Shown in pieces: positions 1-10,815 of a stretch of 64,000 bases of DNA. The stretch spans positions 320,001 to 384,000 of the forward strand of contig CAWCBP010000008.1 in the NCBI GenBank assembly GCA_963793865.1, given 5' to 3'. The position numbers were made by a program, and so were the translations under genes. Under the pieces are notes generated by a model. That model was given only the letters and a program-made list of their open reading frames with translations, ran no database searches and was not told the DNA's origin. Numbering within the stretch: position 1 is the stretch's first letter; the number at the start of each line of letters is the position of its first letter. The DNA is from an uncultured delta proteobacterium. Lineage in GTDB: Bacteria > Desulfobacterota > WTBG01.

Positions 1-222
1 ATCTCATGTAAAAAGTTTAATCAAATTGAGGATCATTATCTTGATTTTGGACATTAGTTAAAAATACTTTCATTTGAAAGATATTTGTGCTATCCATTAA
101 ATAAAGACGTGAGGGGGGTGGTTATAATGAATGAATGTGAGTGTGGCGGTGGCGACGGGTATTCCTGTCGCTTGTTTGCTTTCGGAACAGCTCTTTATAA
201 AGACTATAAAGAAAGGAGGAAA

Positions 223-2842
223 ATGATGAAAAAGCTGGCCATTATATTTATCTGTGTATTATCGGTATGCATGGTCCCTGGTTCTGCCTCCGCTATCAGT
301 TATGGCAAGGATTTTTTGGAGACGGGAAACCCCGGAGGCACGAGCGGTCTGAAGACATTCGACATCGAGTGGTCCATGCGCCAGTTTGAAACGGTTGATG
401 TGGACATCTGGCTGATCGATGTGCCGGAGCGCATGCTGACGGCGGGTTTTTATTTTGTCTTCGATCCGGCCAAAGTGAGCGTTGCAGCCTTTCAGGTATA
501 TGATGGTGTCAATGGACCCGCGGGACCGTGGGACCCCGGCGCATCTTTGTTCGGTCCGGTTGAAGGCGACCCGGGCGCTTATTTTGTGGCCCTGGCCAAT
601 CTTGGCTGCGTAACCCCTGACGGAGGCGGAGATATTGTCATGGCCAGGATCCGCTTCAAGTGTGAATCGCCCGGAGATGCCGTTATTACCTTCAGCCCTA
701 TTCCTGATTTTGACACCGTTGTTGATTGTGCCCTGCCTCAAGGTGTTATCTATGACCCGGTTATTCCAGTTGAGGGCGTCACCATCCACCAGATAGGAAT
801 GCCTGGCGAATTCGGACTGCAATGACAATAACAGCTGCACCGCCGATTCCTGCAACCTGTCTTCGAATCTCTGCGTCCATGTGCCCGCTTCCCAATGGGA
901 CCAGCTGCCAGGACGGCCTCTACTGCACGGTATCCGATGGGTGCGCGGGAGGGGTCTGCGTGGGCGGTTCCGTGAGGGACTGCTCCGCGGCAGGAAACCA
1001 GTGCAATACCGGGGTATGCGACGAAGCTTCCGATCAATGTGTGTCCCAGCCGGTGCTGGACGGTACGCCCTGCAATGACGGCCTCTTCTGCACGCTCACC
1101 GACGGGTGCCAGGACGGTCAGTGCCTGGGGACGGGTGAGACCTGCCCGGATGATGCAAATGCCTGCACTGACAACTGTGATGAGGTGCGGGATGTCTGCT
1201 ACCCTGCAATGCGACCGGTTCCTCCGATCCCTGCTGCGAAGATTCTGTCTGTGCCAGTGAGGAGATTTGCCTGGTTGTCATAAACGAATTCTACGTTGAT
1301 GGGACGGACGGGAGCAACACGAACGATGGTCTGTCTCCCGCAACTGCCTGGAAGACCATCACCTATGCGTTAAGCCGGGTGCCGGTGCTGATCACCCTGG
1401 GAGAAAATAATCGCGCCCTGGTGCATGTTGCCCCGTCGCTCTATGATACGGTCATGGGAGGAGGAGACGCCGAGACATTTCCCCTGATCATGAAGAAGTA
1501 CCTCTCACTGGTCGGTGACGGGGGATACAGCGGAACCATCATAGATGCCGACCGGACCGGCGGCGTCATTGAGTTTGCCAAGGAGGATGCATCCGGCTCC
1601 ACCATTGCCATAGAGGGCTTTACCATCACCGGGGGCTCCAATTTCAGGGGCGGGGGGATTACGGTGCTCTGGGCTGACCCCTCAATCAGGCGCTGCCTGA
1701 TCACCGGCAACATTTCCACTGACATCAACGGCGGGGGCATTTACCTCCAGCGTTCAAACGCCGCCATAACCGACTGTATTATTTCGAACAACACCGCACC
1801 GCAACAAAACGGCGGCGGTATTTCCTGCGGCAACATGTCAAGCCCCGCCATCGTCAACTGTACCATTGTTAATAATGGTGCCGGGTGCGGTTCGGAAGAG
1901 GGCGGAGGCGGGGTGTATGCCGGGTACGATTGCTTTCCCCGGCTCATCAACTGCATACTCTGGGACAATTACCGGGACTGCTCTCCCGCCCCCGTTCCCG
2001 ACCAGATAAAGGCGGTGGAAAACATTGCGGTCAGCTACAGCTGTGTCCGGGACGGATTTGCAGGCATCGGTAATACCGCCGTGGACCCTGCCTTTTTCGG
2101 AGGGGAGTATTTCCTCTCCTACGGATCCCCCTGCATTGATTCGGGAACGAGTGACGGGGCAACCTTCACAGATATCGACGGAAACGGACGCTATGATCAC
2201 CTGGCCACCCCCGACACGGGCGGCGGATCGTCTCCATTCTTCGATATCGGAGCGCGCGAATATCAGAATGATACAGACGCTGATGGTGTTCCGGATGATG
2301 GAGATGAAGGCGGGACGGTGGGGGATAATCCCTGCACGGGCGGAGCGACCACAGGCTGTGATGACAACTGCATAAGCATTCCCAACCCCGCGCAGGAAGA
2401 CGGCGAAGGGGACGGCGCGGGGGATGTGTGTGACAACTGCCCGCTGTATCCCAACGGAATCATCCTCGGGACATGCCTGAAGCGGCAGAGCGCTGAAGTG
2501 ATTTTTGTATCTCCTTTGAGCTGCACCCGGGACGCTGATTGCGGCAGCCCCAATCTGCTCTGCGATAACGATCAGCTTGACGCCAACGCCAACGGGATAG
2601 GGGATGTCTGCCAGTGTGAGTTTGATTTCGACTGCGACGGCGATGTGGATGGCACCGACGCGGTTGTCTTCAAGGCGGATTTTGGAAGGAATGCCTTGAG
2701 CAGACCCTGCACCGTTGCCGATCCCTGCATTGCCGATTATGACGGGGACGGGGATGTTGACGGCACGGACGCGGTAAAATTCAAGGAGGATTTCGGCAGG
2801 AACGATATTAATAAGCCCTGCGCTTCCTGCTACGGCGAATAG
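223..2842 (+). CDS. Secreted modular protein: cohesin-like (class A) + Cys-rich repeats + DUF1565/right-handed beta-helix + TSP3-like repeats + dockerin-like tail; reconstructed across ~3 frameshifts
   Basis: AGGAGG RBS then MMKKLAII signal peptide. ORFs 85-825, 822-1283 and 1379-2842 join through frame changes at ~799, ~886 and ~1203. Bridging frames read CLANSDCNDNNSCTADSC and EFYVDGTDGSNTNDGLSPATAWKTITYAL. GGGI/GGGV beta-helix repeats follow, then a doubled DGDVDGTDAxxFKxDFGR motif at the C-terminus. Confidence 0.75.
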
Positions 2843-2879
2843 CAGCGAGCTTTGTGCGCAGGTGAAGGCCATCTGTGAT

Positions 2880-2916
2880 ATAAATCAGCCGGGCGCATAA
2901 GGCCCGGCTGATTTAT
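2880..2916. terminator. Perfect 15-bp hairpin, probable intrinsic terminator
   Basis: ATAAATCAGCCGGGC-gcataag-GCCCGGCTGATTTAT just downstream of the stop at 2842. Confidence 0.7.
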
Positions 2917-3077
2917 GCGCATAGACGGGTGCTTGTCATCCCGTGAAAGGGCGCATGGCGGCAGATAATCATCTCTTTATGGCCCCCGCCCCGGTTAAAA
3001 ACTAATTGCAATTCGGGGCCGCTTTGGCATATTCTGCACGCTGTAACTCAAACCAGATCCGAGACGGCAGAGGCGGC

Positions 3078-5537
3078 ATGCGGTTGAAGCAATTTCTGAG
3101 GATAGCCCTTTTTCTCCTGGCGGTAAGTTTTCTGACGGAAAGCCTGGGCTATCTCACCCATGAGATGTACCAGTACCTGGGAGTGGCACTGCTGGTCCTG
3201 TACGGGTTGAGCATTTTTCCCGGCGGCCAAAAAACCGGGAAAGCGGCACTCTTCTTTTCAGGCTGTCTGCTTATTACGCTCTCCTTTTTCTTCCTGAGCG
3301 GACCGATCCTTCCCCGGCTCGCCGGAACAGCGCTGTTCATCTTCGCGCTTATGCTTGTGGTGGAAAGCAGGAATGGGGAGCAGCGGGAGCTGCCGCTGCT
3401 CCTGGCTTCTGCGGTACTCTCCTCTGCTTTCTTTCTGCTGTACCTGTGTTCTCCGCCCTTCTGGTACGGGAGTAAACAGCTGTCCCTTTCCTTTTCCTCC
3501 CTGGTCAGCGGGGTGAGCGGCCTCCCCATTCTCTATTCCGCAACCTTCCTGGGTTTGCCGCTGACGGCCATCTTCCTGTCCGTCATGCTTCCCGCGTTTT
3601 TTCGAAGCGACAGCAGGAAGCGCCTTCTGTTTTGTCTTTCCCTCATCTCCCTGCCGGTGTTAAGCGGCCTCTACCTTGTAATCATGGGATATCTGCCCCG
3701 GCCGGGAAGAGCCCTTCTGGGGCTGTTCCCTGATGATACCGGTTTTTTCAATCTTCTGCTAACCTTTCTCTTCGATTCAAGCTCACCGCTCCCGCGCTGC
3801 AATTACCAGATGAATGCGCCGCTGGTTCTCTTCTTGCTCTACCTGGTTCCCCTGTATCTCATCTGCCGGGGACAAGGTGCAGCGGAGGCCGGCCCTGCTG
3901 TAAAACCGGGGAGGAAGAGAAACGCGCTTGCCTTCTTCCTGCTCATCATCCTGGCGACGGCGGCCCTGGTGACCGATATGCCCGGGACCCCTTCCGATAA
4001 AAGAAAGGTGGTGCTGTACAATCAGGGCTATCTCAACTGGCAGGTGCCCACCTTTAAGATGTACGGCTCAAAGAGCTCGGGCATGTTCGGGAACCTGCCC
4101 CTGTTTCTGGAAGCGATGGGGTTTTCCGTGGAACGATCCGATGCCATTTCCGCGGACGTGCTTCAGCAGGCCGGGATTCTGATGATGATTAATGTTGACC
4201 GGGAGCTGCCGCAGGAAGAGCTTGCGGCCATCCGGCGATTCGTTGAGGGAGGAGGGTCGCTCCTGCTGCTGGGCGATCATACCTTTTATAAGCACGGGGT
4301 GGAGCGGATTATTTTAAACGATGTCCTGCAGCCCTACAGCATCCGCTATAATTTTGATTCCGCCGACTGGTTTGTGGGGGGATGGCTGCACTCCTACCAG
4401 TACGCGAGCCACCCCGTCACCGCGGGCATGCGCGATGACATGAATGACGCGGGCATCGTGGTGGGCGCTTCGCTTTCGGCGCCGCCGCCCGCCTTTCCCC
4501 TGGTTATCGGCAGGTACGGTTATTCAGATCCCGGCAGCGCGCTCGCGGGAGACCGGCGGGGCTACCTGGGAAACCTCAATTACGATCCGGGCGAGCCGCT
4601 GGGTGATGTTGTCCTCTGCGCCGCCGAGTATCACGGGAAAGGCAAGGTGCTGGTCTTCGGCGACACCTCGAGCTTTGCCAACTCCATCCTGGTGAACAGC
4701 CATGATTTTGCCAACCGGGTGTTTACCTGGCTGGCCACAAATGAGGCCCCCCGGCAGTATCGCCTCTTCCTGGCCGCTTCGCTGCTGCTGCTTGCGGCGG
4801 CGCTCTTTTTTTACCGCGGGACGAGCCGGCGGCCCTACCTGCTGCTCATGGCCTGCATGCTGTCCCTGGCAGTGACGGGGGCATCCCGGGGCTTGAAGCA
4901 GTACGAGTGCCGGCGGGCGCTCAAGGGACCGATTGCCTACGTGGATGCGTCACACGGGGAGCGGTACTCCCCCGAGTCATGGAATGACAATGCCGTGCTG
5001 GGGCTTCATCTCAACCTGATGAGAAACGGCTATCTCCCCTTCACCCTCCGCCACTTTGACCGGAAGGCGCTTGAGGAGGCGAAGCTCCTGGTTTTGATTG
5101 CGCCCTCCCTGCCTTTCAGCCGGAGTGAGATCGGCATGATCAGCGATTTTATCAAGGCCGGCGGCACACTCATATTGAGCGTGGGATGGGAGGAAAAGGA
5201 GGCCTCGCTTTCGCTCATGGATGCCTTCGGCTTCTCCGTGGACCATATGCCCCTGGCGCAGTTCATCAGCGTGATTCCCGCTGCAGGGCAAAGGGTTCGA
5301 TTTGTCGAGGCATGGCCGGTCATGAGCAGGGAGGAGGGGGGCGAGGTCATCGCCGCCTATAAAAATTATCCGGTGATAATGAAAAAGCCGTATGGCAAAG
5401 GCACGGTGGTGATGGTCGGGGATTCCTCCTTTTTCTGGAACGCGAACCTGGAGATGGAGGAAAGCCACACAGTGGAGAACGTGGAGTTTCTGAAATGGCT
5501 GCTGGAGGGGCTGAGGCAGCCTGAAGGTTTTCGATAG
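3078..5537 (+). CDS. Large polytopic membrane protein with two DUF4350/GATase-like extracytoplasmic domains
   Basis: Hydrophobic N-terminal third. Two alpha/beta domains (FVEGGGSLLLLGDH; GKGKVLVFGDTS; GKGTVVMVGDSS) are separated by two TM helices. ATG at 3078 follows GAGG. Confidence 0.7.
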   Translation: MRLKQFLRIALFLLAVSFLTESLGYLTHEMYQYLGVALLVLYGLSIFPGGQKTGKAALFFSGCLLITLSFFFLSGPILPRLAGTALFIFALMLVVESRNGEQRELPLLLASAVLSSAFFLLYLCSPPFWYGSKQLSLSFSSLVSGVSGLPILYSATFLGLPLTAIFLSVMLPAFFRSDSRKRLLFCLSLISLPVLSGLYLVIMGYLPRPGRALLGLFPDDTGFFNLLLTFLFDSSSPLPRCNYQMNAPLVLFLLYLVPLYLICRGQGAAEAGPAVKPGRKRNALAFFLLIILATAALVTDMPGTPSDKRKVVLYNQGYLNWQVPTFKMYGSKSSGMFGNLPLFLEAMGFSVERSDAISADVLQQAGILMMINVDRELPQEELAAIRRFVEGGGSLLLLGDHTFYKHGVERIILNDVLQPYSIRYNFDSADWFVGGWLHSYQYASHPVTAGMRDDMNDAGIVVGASLSAPPPAFPLVIGRYGYSDPGSALAGDRRGYLGNLNYDPGEPLGDVVLCAAEYHGKGKVLVFGDTSSFANSILVNSHDFANRVFTWLATNEAPRQYRLFLAASLLLLAAALFFYRGTSRRPYLLLMACMLSLAVTGASRGLKQYECRRALKGPIAYVDASHGERYSPESWNDNAVLGLHLNLMRNGYLPFTLRHFDRKALEEAKLLVLIAPSLPFSRSEIGMISDFIKAGGTLILSVGWEEKEASLSLMDAFGFSVDHMPLAQFISVIPAAGQRVRFVEAWPVMSREEGGEVIAAYKNYPVIMKKPYGKGTVVMVGDSSFFWNANLEMEESHTVENVEFLKWLLEGLRQPEGFR

Positions 5538-5647
5538 AGGGAACTATTATAGTAATAAATCCGAAATCCGAAGCACGAAACCAGAAACTGCGACCACGAA
5601 GCGCACGAAGGGAGAAACACGAAGAACACGAAGAGAGACACAAAATC

Positions 5648-5709
5648 GTAGGGGCAACCCCCTGTCGTTGCCCTATGATAGCTGGGCAGGCACAGGGGCC
5701 TGCCCCTAC
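5648..5709. repeat. GTAG-type REP-like palindrome, family 1
   Basis: GTAGGGGCAACCCCCTGT.GTTGCCC...GGGCAGGCACAGGGGCCTGCCCCTAC. Near-identical copies at 8692-8753 and 59025-59086. Confidence 0.85.
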
Positions 5710-5963
5710 CGGTTCTTTGCAAAAACAAACCGGAACACGATGAGAGAAGCAACCCCAGAAAAACATGAAGGAAGAATCGCATTTTTCCCGGATCGTGCGA
5801 TCACTTCGCCGGATGATCACGCAAACATTTGCATTGAGAATATACTTCACTTTTCGTATCCTCTGCGATTATCGTTTTGAGCATTAGATATTTGAATTTT
5901 AGGTTTGTTTCGATTTCGTGCTTTGGATTTCGGATTTTTAATTTTCATATCTCCTCGGATGAG

Positions 5964-8519
5964 ATGCTCCCTATAAAAAGGTTATCTATGACCCTCATTC
6001 TCTGGTCCGGTCTCCTGTGCCTCTCCTGCACCTGGATCTTTACCCTTAAGCTCTATACTTCTGAGATAGATGCCTGGTGGATTACGCTCCTGATTGCGGG
6101 CATAGTGCTCAACGCCGCGGGGATGAAGGGGAAAGCGTCGTTTAAGGCCCTTGATAAAAAGTACCTGCTCCTGCTTATTCCTCTTGTCTCCTCCCTTCTC
6201 ATTATCCCTTTTCCGTACAGCCTGGGTATACTGGTGACGATCGCGGGCCTGCTCCTCCTTTCCCTGTGCCCCGTGCTTCCGTTTCTCTGCGCTCCCGCAT
6301 CAGGGCTCATCCTGAGCGGGGTGATGCTCATGGTACAAAGTCCGCTGGGACATCTCTACACGGTTTTTACTTCCTACTCCCGGAACATTTTCTGGCTGGA
6401 TGGCATCCTGCAGCGGCTTTTTGCTTTTTTCAGCCTCCAGGTCTTTTACAGCCAGCACCATTTTTACATCCAGACCATCAAGGATTTGTATGCCTTTCCC
6501 ACCACCTGGGACCGGCTCGGCTTCTTCCCCCTGCTGGCATTGTGGGCGGGCTCCATTCCGCTGCTCTATCTTTTCTCCGGTCAAAGGACAAGGGACGCCC
6601 TGAAGCTCTTTGCCTGCGGCATGATATATAGTATCGCGCGATATGTCTTTCTGATCCTGCTTTTCCTCTACCTCATGACCTTTGTGCCTTACAAGGAGGA
6701 GGTGAACCGGGTCCATATTTTCTGGGACGCCAGGGTGATCCTGCTGACATTCCTTCCCTTCATCTTTCTCCTCTGCAGGTGTATTCCTTTTAAAACCCGG
6801 GATGCTGTCTTTGCCTATGACAAGGTCTCCTTTTCAGGCGCTAATAAAAAATCGCTGGTCTACTGTTCCCTGGCGCTCTTTTTTCTCGGGGCTGTTTTCG
6901 GCTTCCAGGATCCGGGGAGAAAAAAGGAGGGCAGGGTGCTCCTGGACGAGCGGCACAGCGGCTGGGAGAAGAGCACCCGGAAGATGGACACGGAGTGGTA
7001 TGGAAACGAGTCCGGGTACAATTTTTACTGGATGGCTGAATTTATAAACCACCATTTTCCCCTGAAGAGAAATTTCGACGAGATAACACCTGAGATTCTT
7101 TCCGGGTGTGACATCCTCATTCTCAAGAACGCCACCTCGCCGTTCTCCGCCTCGGAAGTTGATGCCATACGCAGGTTTGTGAGGAGGGGAGGGGGCCTGT
7201 ATATTTTAAGCGAGCACACCAATGTCTTCGGCAACAGCACCTATCTCAACCCGATTGCCGAAGAATTCGGCTTCAGCTTCCGCTATGACGTGCTCTTTGA
7301 TATAGAGCGAAAGTTTGAGCAGCTCTACCATCCGCCCCGGCTGAATCCCCATCCCGTGGTCCAACATCTGCCCTACTTCTGCTTCAAGGTCTCCTGTTCG
7401 GTCCAGCCGGTGTCTTCACGCTGCGAGCCGGTGATCCTTTCCACGGGGATCAAGTCGCAGGACATCCATTATCCCAGCGCCAATTTCTACCCCCCGGTCA
7501 AGGACGAAAGCCAGATGCCCTTCGGCGCCTTCATGCAGATGGTGGGCATCAAGGCGGGCAGGGGCAGGGTGCTGGGGTTTACCGACAGCACCACCTACTC
7601 AAACTTTGAGGCATTTATAGCAGGCAAGCCCGAATTGCTGCTGTCGGCTCTTGACTGGCTCAACCGGGAAAACCGGTGGCACCGGCTCAGGTATCTCTTC
7701 CTGTCTCTTGCCGCCATATGCCTTGCCGGGGCCTTGAGACAGGGCAGCAGGGAAAGGCGCGACGGGCGCTTCTATCTCTGGATTGCGGTGCTCTCCCTTT
7801 TTTCCCTTGCGTGCGCCCTGCTTGCCTGCCAGTTCCTGTCCCGGAATGCATATCCATTGCCGCAGCCGGTCACCCCGTACACGAAGGTTGTTTTTGAGCA
7901 GGAGCACGGAGACTACGAGCTGCCGCTCCAGGGCTTTACCGACAAGGCGGACAGGAGCTTCGAGGTTTTTTACCAGTGGGTATTAAGAATCGGCTACTAT
8001 CCGTTTACCGGAAGAACCCTCACGGATGATCTGGCCGAGGCGGACATGCTTATTGTCATCAACCCGCAGAAAGAATTCACTCCTGCCGATATCGGCCGGG
8101 CACAAGAGTACCTGGCACGGGGCGGAAAAATCCTGGTCATGGATAACCCGGACAACAGCGCTTCTACCGCGGATGGGCTGCTTGCGCCTTTCGGCATGAA
8201 AATAAACAGGGAGAAAAAGGTGACCCTGCCTTCCTCCTATACTTTGTCCTGGATGGGCAGGACTGCGCAAAACAGCGCTGCGGCCATTGAGGGAGGAGAA
8301 GCTCTCCTTCGATCCCCTGAAGGCGAGCCAATACTCTCCATGGTGAAGGCAGGGAGCGGTACAATGGCGGTGCTGACCTTCTCCCGGCTGTTTACCAATC
8401 CCCCCATGGGTGGTAGCTACCGGGTGATGCCCAATCAGCAGCAGCGGGCGATCTATGATCTGCAGTTCAATCTTTTGCGGGGACTGGGGGAAGGAAAATT
8501 GGAGACATATTTTAAATGA
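5964..8519 (+). CDS. Large polytopic membrane protein, paralog of 3078-5537
   Basis: Same architecture: TM block, domain with FVRRGGGLYILSEH and GRGRVLGFTDS, two TM helices, second similar domain. The start codon is uncertain (5964 or 5988). Confidence 0.7.
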   Translation: MLPIKRLSMTLILWSGLLCLSCTWIFTLKLYTSEIDAWWITLLIAGIVLNAAGMKGKASFKALDKKYLLLLIPLVSSLLIIPFPYSLGILVTIAGLLLLSLCPVLPFLCAPASGLILSGVMLMVQSPLGHLYTVFTSYSRNIFWLDGILQRLFAFFSLQVFYSQHHFYIQTIKDLYAFPTTWDRLGFFPLLALWAGSIPLLYLFSGQRTRDALKLFACGMIYSIARYVFLILLFLYLMTFVPYKEEVNRVHIFWDARVILLTFLPFIFLLCRCIPFKTRDAVFAYDKVSFSGANKKSLVYCSLALFFLGAVFGFQDPGRKKEGRVLLDERHSGWEKSTRKMDTEWYGNESGYNFYWMAEFINHHFPLKRNFDEITPEILSGCDILILKNATSPFSASEVDAIRRFVRRGGGLYILSEHTNVFGNSTYLNPIAEEFGFSFRYDVLFDIERKFEQLYHPPRLNPHPVVQHLPYFCFKVSCSVQPVSSRCEPVILSTGIKSQDIHYPSANFYPPVKDESQMPFGAFMQMVGIKAGRGRVLGFTDSTTYSNFEAFIAGKPELLLSALDWLNRENRWHRLRYLFLSLAAICLAGALRQGSRERRDGRFYLWIAVLSLFSLACALLACQFLSRNAYPLPQPVTPYTKVVFEQEHGDYELPLQGFTDKADRSFEVFYQWVLRIGYYPFTGRTLTDDLAEADMLIVINPQKEFTPADIGRAQEYLARGGKILVMDNPDNSASTADGLLAPFGMKINREKKVTLPSSYTLSWMGRTAQNSAAAIEGGEALLRSPEGEPILSMVKAGSGTMAVLTFSRLFTNPPMGGSYRVMPNQQQRAIYDLQFNLLRGLGEGKLETYFK

Positions 8520-8691
8520 TGCATGATACAGGATGCATGATGCAGGGCGAAAGACAAAGCAGTTTACAGTTGCCGGTTGACAGTTTAAACGTAAAGCAAG
8601 AAGCGATGCAAGATGCAGTATGGGCCTGCACACTGTTCCCTGTCCCCTGAACCCTTTTTTTCAACCAGAATACGAAGAGAAAAACAAAATC

Positions 8692-8753
8692 GTAGGGGCA
8701 ACCCCCTGTGGTTGCCCTGCGATATCCGGGCAGGCACAGGGGCCTGCCCCTAC
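8692..8753. repeat. GTAG-type REP-like palindrome, family 1
   Basis: Copy of 5648-5709. It is flanked by heptamer-period GATGCAT/ATGCATC tracts at ~8518 and ~8775. Confidence 0.85.
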
Positions 8754-8817
8754 CGTTCATTTCCATGAATTCTATCCTGCATCATGTCATCATGCATCAG
8801 CAAAGTGAATTAATGAT

Positions 8818-10407
8818 ATGAAAAAAACACTCCTCCTGATTATTGCCTTCATTGGCCTCCTGGCCCTCTACAAGGCACAGCACGTGAAGCCGGTGGAAGA
8901 TCCCCGGGAATCTCCCATCTTCCAGCAGCGGCTGCAAAGCTCTCTGGATAAATTCCAGGAGAGCGATTATCCTTCCAGGTCCGAGCGAAAGCGGCGCGGC
9001 GATGCCGAAGCCGGGTCCCGGGCATCATCCGGCACGGAACAGCAGGTGAAAGACCTGGTCGCATCGGGCATGTGCGGTCAGGTTACCCTGACCTGGGTGG
9101 AGGAGAAAAAGATTCCCAAAGAGAAGGTTATCATCAAGCGCAGGGAACCGGATGAGGACTATGAACCGCTTGAGGGAACAGGCATCTTCGAGCGGGAGGA
9201 GGAAGGGGGAGTCAGGTACTGGTTTTCAGAAAGCGGACTGCGTGACGGCGTGAAATACGATTACCTGGTTTCGGTGAAGGATGAAGGGGTAAAAGCGCGG
9301 GTCAAAGGTCCTGTTTCCATTACGCTGGCCTGCACCGACCGGGACAGGGAGCTGCTGGCCAAGCGGGACAGGATGCTGAAGGAGTATGCCCAGAAGACGC
9401 CCCGGGAGCGGGATGGTGATCAGGCGGGAAAAGCATTGCCCCCGGCGAAGGCAGCAGGCGGGGATGTAATCGCTTCCGGGAGATGCGGCAGACTGACCCT
9501 GACCTGGGCCGAAACGGGGATGATTGACAAGAGCGGCGTTCAGATAAAAAGAAAATCCGGCAACGGGGATTACACGCTGCTCAAGGAAAGAAAAATCTAT
9601 CATAGAGAAGAGGAAGCAGGCGGGATACGTTACTGGGCCGCGGACGACGGCCTTAATGACGGGGAGAGCTATCAGTATCTTGTTTCATTTAAAGATGGGG
9701 CGGGCAAAGAGGTGGTAAAAGGTCCTGTCTCAATCAGCCTGACCTGCACGGAGAAGGACAGGGAAATGATAGCCGGGCAGGAAAAGATGGTTAAAGAGTA
9801 CTACCGGAAGCAGGCCGGCAGGGACAATTCCGCGCCCGGCGCTCCGGCTGCGGCAGCAGGGGCGTCGCCCTATGAGTTGAGCAAAGAGGTATATACAGTC
9901 GAGGCGGGCAAATCACCCTGGAAAGGAGCACCGGATGCGCCCGTGACCCTGGTGGTGTTTTCTGATTTTGAATGCGTCCACTGCGGTACCCTGGCGGAAT
10001 CTCTGGAAACCATGCTTAAGATATTTCCCGATGACGTAAAAGTCGTCTTTAAAAATTATATTATACCCTACCACAAGAACTCTGAATATGCCGCCATGGC
10101 AGCCCTGGCCGCGGGTGAGCAGGGGAAGTTCTGGGAGATGCACGATCTGCTCTTTAAAAACCAGTCGGCATTGGGGAAGGAGGCTATTACAGGCTTTGCC
10201 GCATCATTGAAACTGGATCTTGAAGCGTTTGAAAAATCCCTGGCAAGCAAGGAACTTAAGGATAAAATTGAACAGGATGGAGCCCAGGGTAAAAACCTGA
10301 ACATTCAAAACCTGCCCACCACCTTTATTAACGGCAGAAGCTTCATGGGCTCACCTCCCGCCGAACGCATAAAAGGCTTCATCGAAGGGATGCTTCAGAA
10401 GAGGTGA
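8818..10407 (+). CDS. Membrane-anchored DsbA/thioredoxin-fold oxidoreductase with two N-terminal FN3-like repeats
   Basis: GAPDAPVTLVVFSDFECVHC (CxxC), AGEQGKFWEMHDLLF and a cis-Pro-like NLPTTFING. The unit ASGxCGxxTLTW...GPVSIxLxCT is duplicated. Confidence 0.85.
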   Translation: MKKTLLLIIAFIGLLALYKAQHVKPVEDPRESPIFQQRLQSSLDKFQESDYPSRSERKRRGDAEAGSRASSGTEQQVKDLVASGMCGQVTLTWVEEKKIPKEKVIIKRREPDEDYEPLEGTGIFEREEEGGVRYWFSESGLRDGVKYDYLVSVKDEGVKARVKGPVSITLACTDRDRELLAKRDRMLKEYAQKTPRERDGDQAGKALPPAKAAGGDVIASGRCGRLTLTWAETGMIDKSGVQIKRKSGNGDYTLLKERKIYHREEEAGGIRYWAADDGLNDGESYQYLVSFKDGAGKEVVKGPVSISLTCTEKDREMIAGQEKMVKEYYRKQAGRDNSAPGAPAAAAGASPYELSKEVYTVEAGKSPWKGAPDAPVTLVVFSDFECVHCGTLAESLETMLKIFPDDVKVVFKNYIIPYHKNSEYAAMAALAAGEQGKFWEMHDLLFKNQSALGKEAITGFAASLKLDLEAFEKSLASKELKDKIEQDGAQGKNLNIQNLPTTFINGRSFMGSPPAERIKGFIEGMLQKR

Positions 10408-10449
10408 TGCAGATAAGCCATTAATCCCAGCCAAGGATATTTGAAATTT

Positions 10450-10503
10450 CGGTAGGAGCGCCTTCAGGCGCGAGGAATTCGCGGCTGAAAGCCGCTCCTA
10501 CCG
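10450..10503. repeat. GTAG-type REP doublet, family 2 (GTAGGAGCGGCTT.AGCCGCGA)
   Basis: Inverted pair. Other copies at ~12965-13016, ~15273, ~15413, ~18880 and ~30481. Confidence 0.85.
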
Positions 10504-10617
10504 GTTGCCAATATTTCTGAGAGAAATTTTCATATATGAGCCTGTAAGAATCTGTTAAACATTTATTTTCAATAAATTAGCACGGCAGGCCAATCTATAA
10601 AACACCAAAAAAAACGA

Positions 10618-10645
10618 TTGACAAATTCATCTGTTAATGTATTAT
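10618..10645 (+). promoter_or_regulatory. Possible sigma70-type promoter
   Basis: TTGACA at 10618-10623 and TATTAT at 10640-10645 (16-nt spacer) in AT-rich intergenic DNA. Confidence 0.45.
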
Positions 10646-10771
10646 ATTGAATATAAATTGTATAAAAAAGGGATTGCAACTTACATCAAATAAAACAATA
10701 TTCAATAGACTATTCCCCTAGAGATTTTACTAACCAGTAAAAACAACACGGGGAAATAATATGGATAATGT

Positions 10772-10815
10772 GTCCTCCATATACCAATAATGGTGTGGGG
10801 GACTTTTTTGTTTTT
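10772..10815 (+). terminator. Terminator-like hairpin in the 5' leader of the TxCP-repeat gene
   Basis: GTCCTCCATATACCA-ataa-TGGTGTGGGGGAC followed by TTTTTTGTTTTT, ~30 nt before the ATG. Confidence 0.55.
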
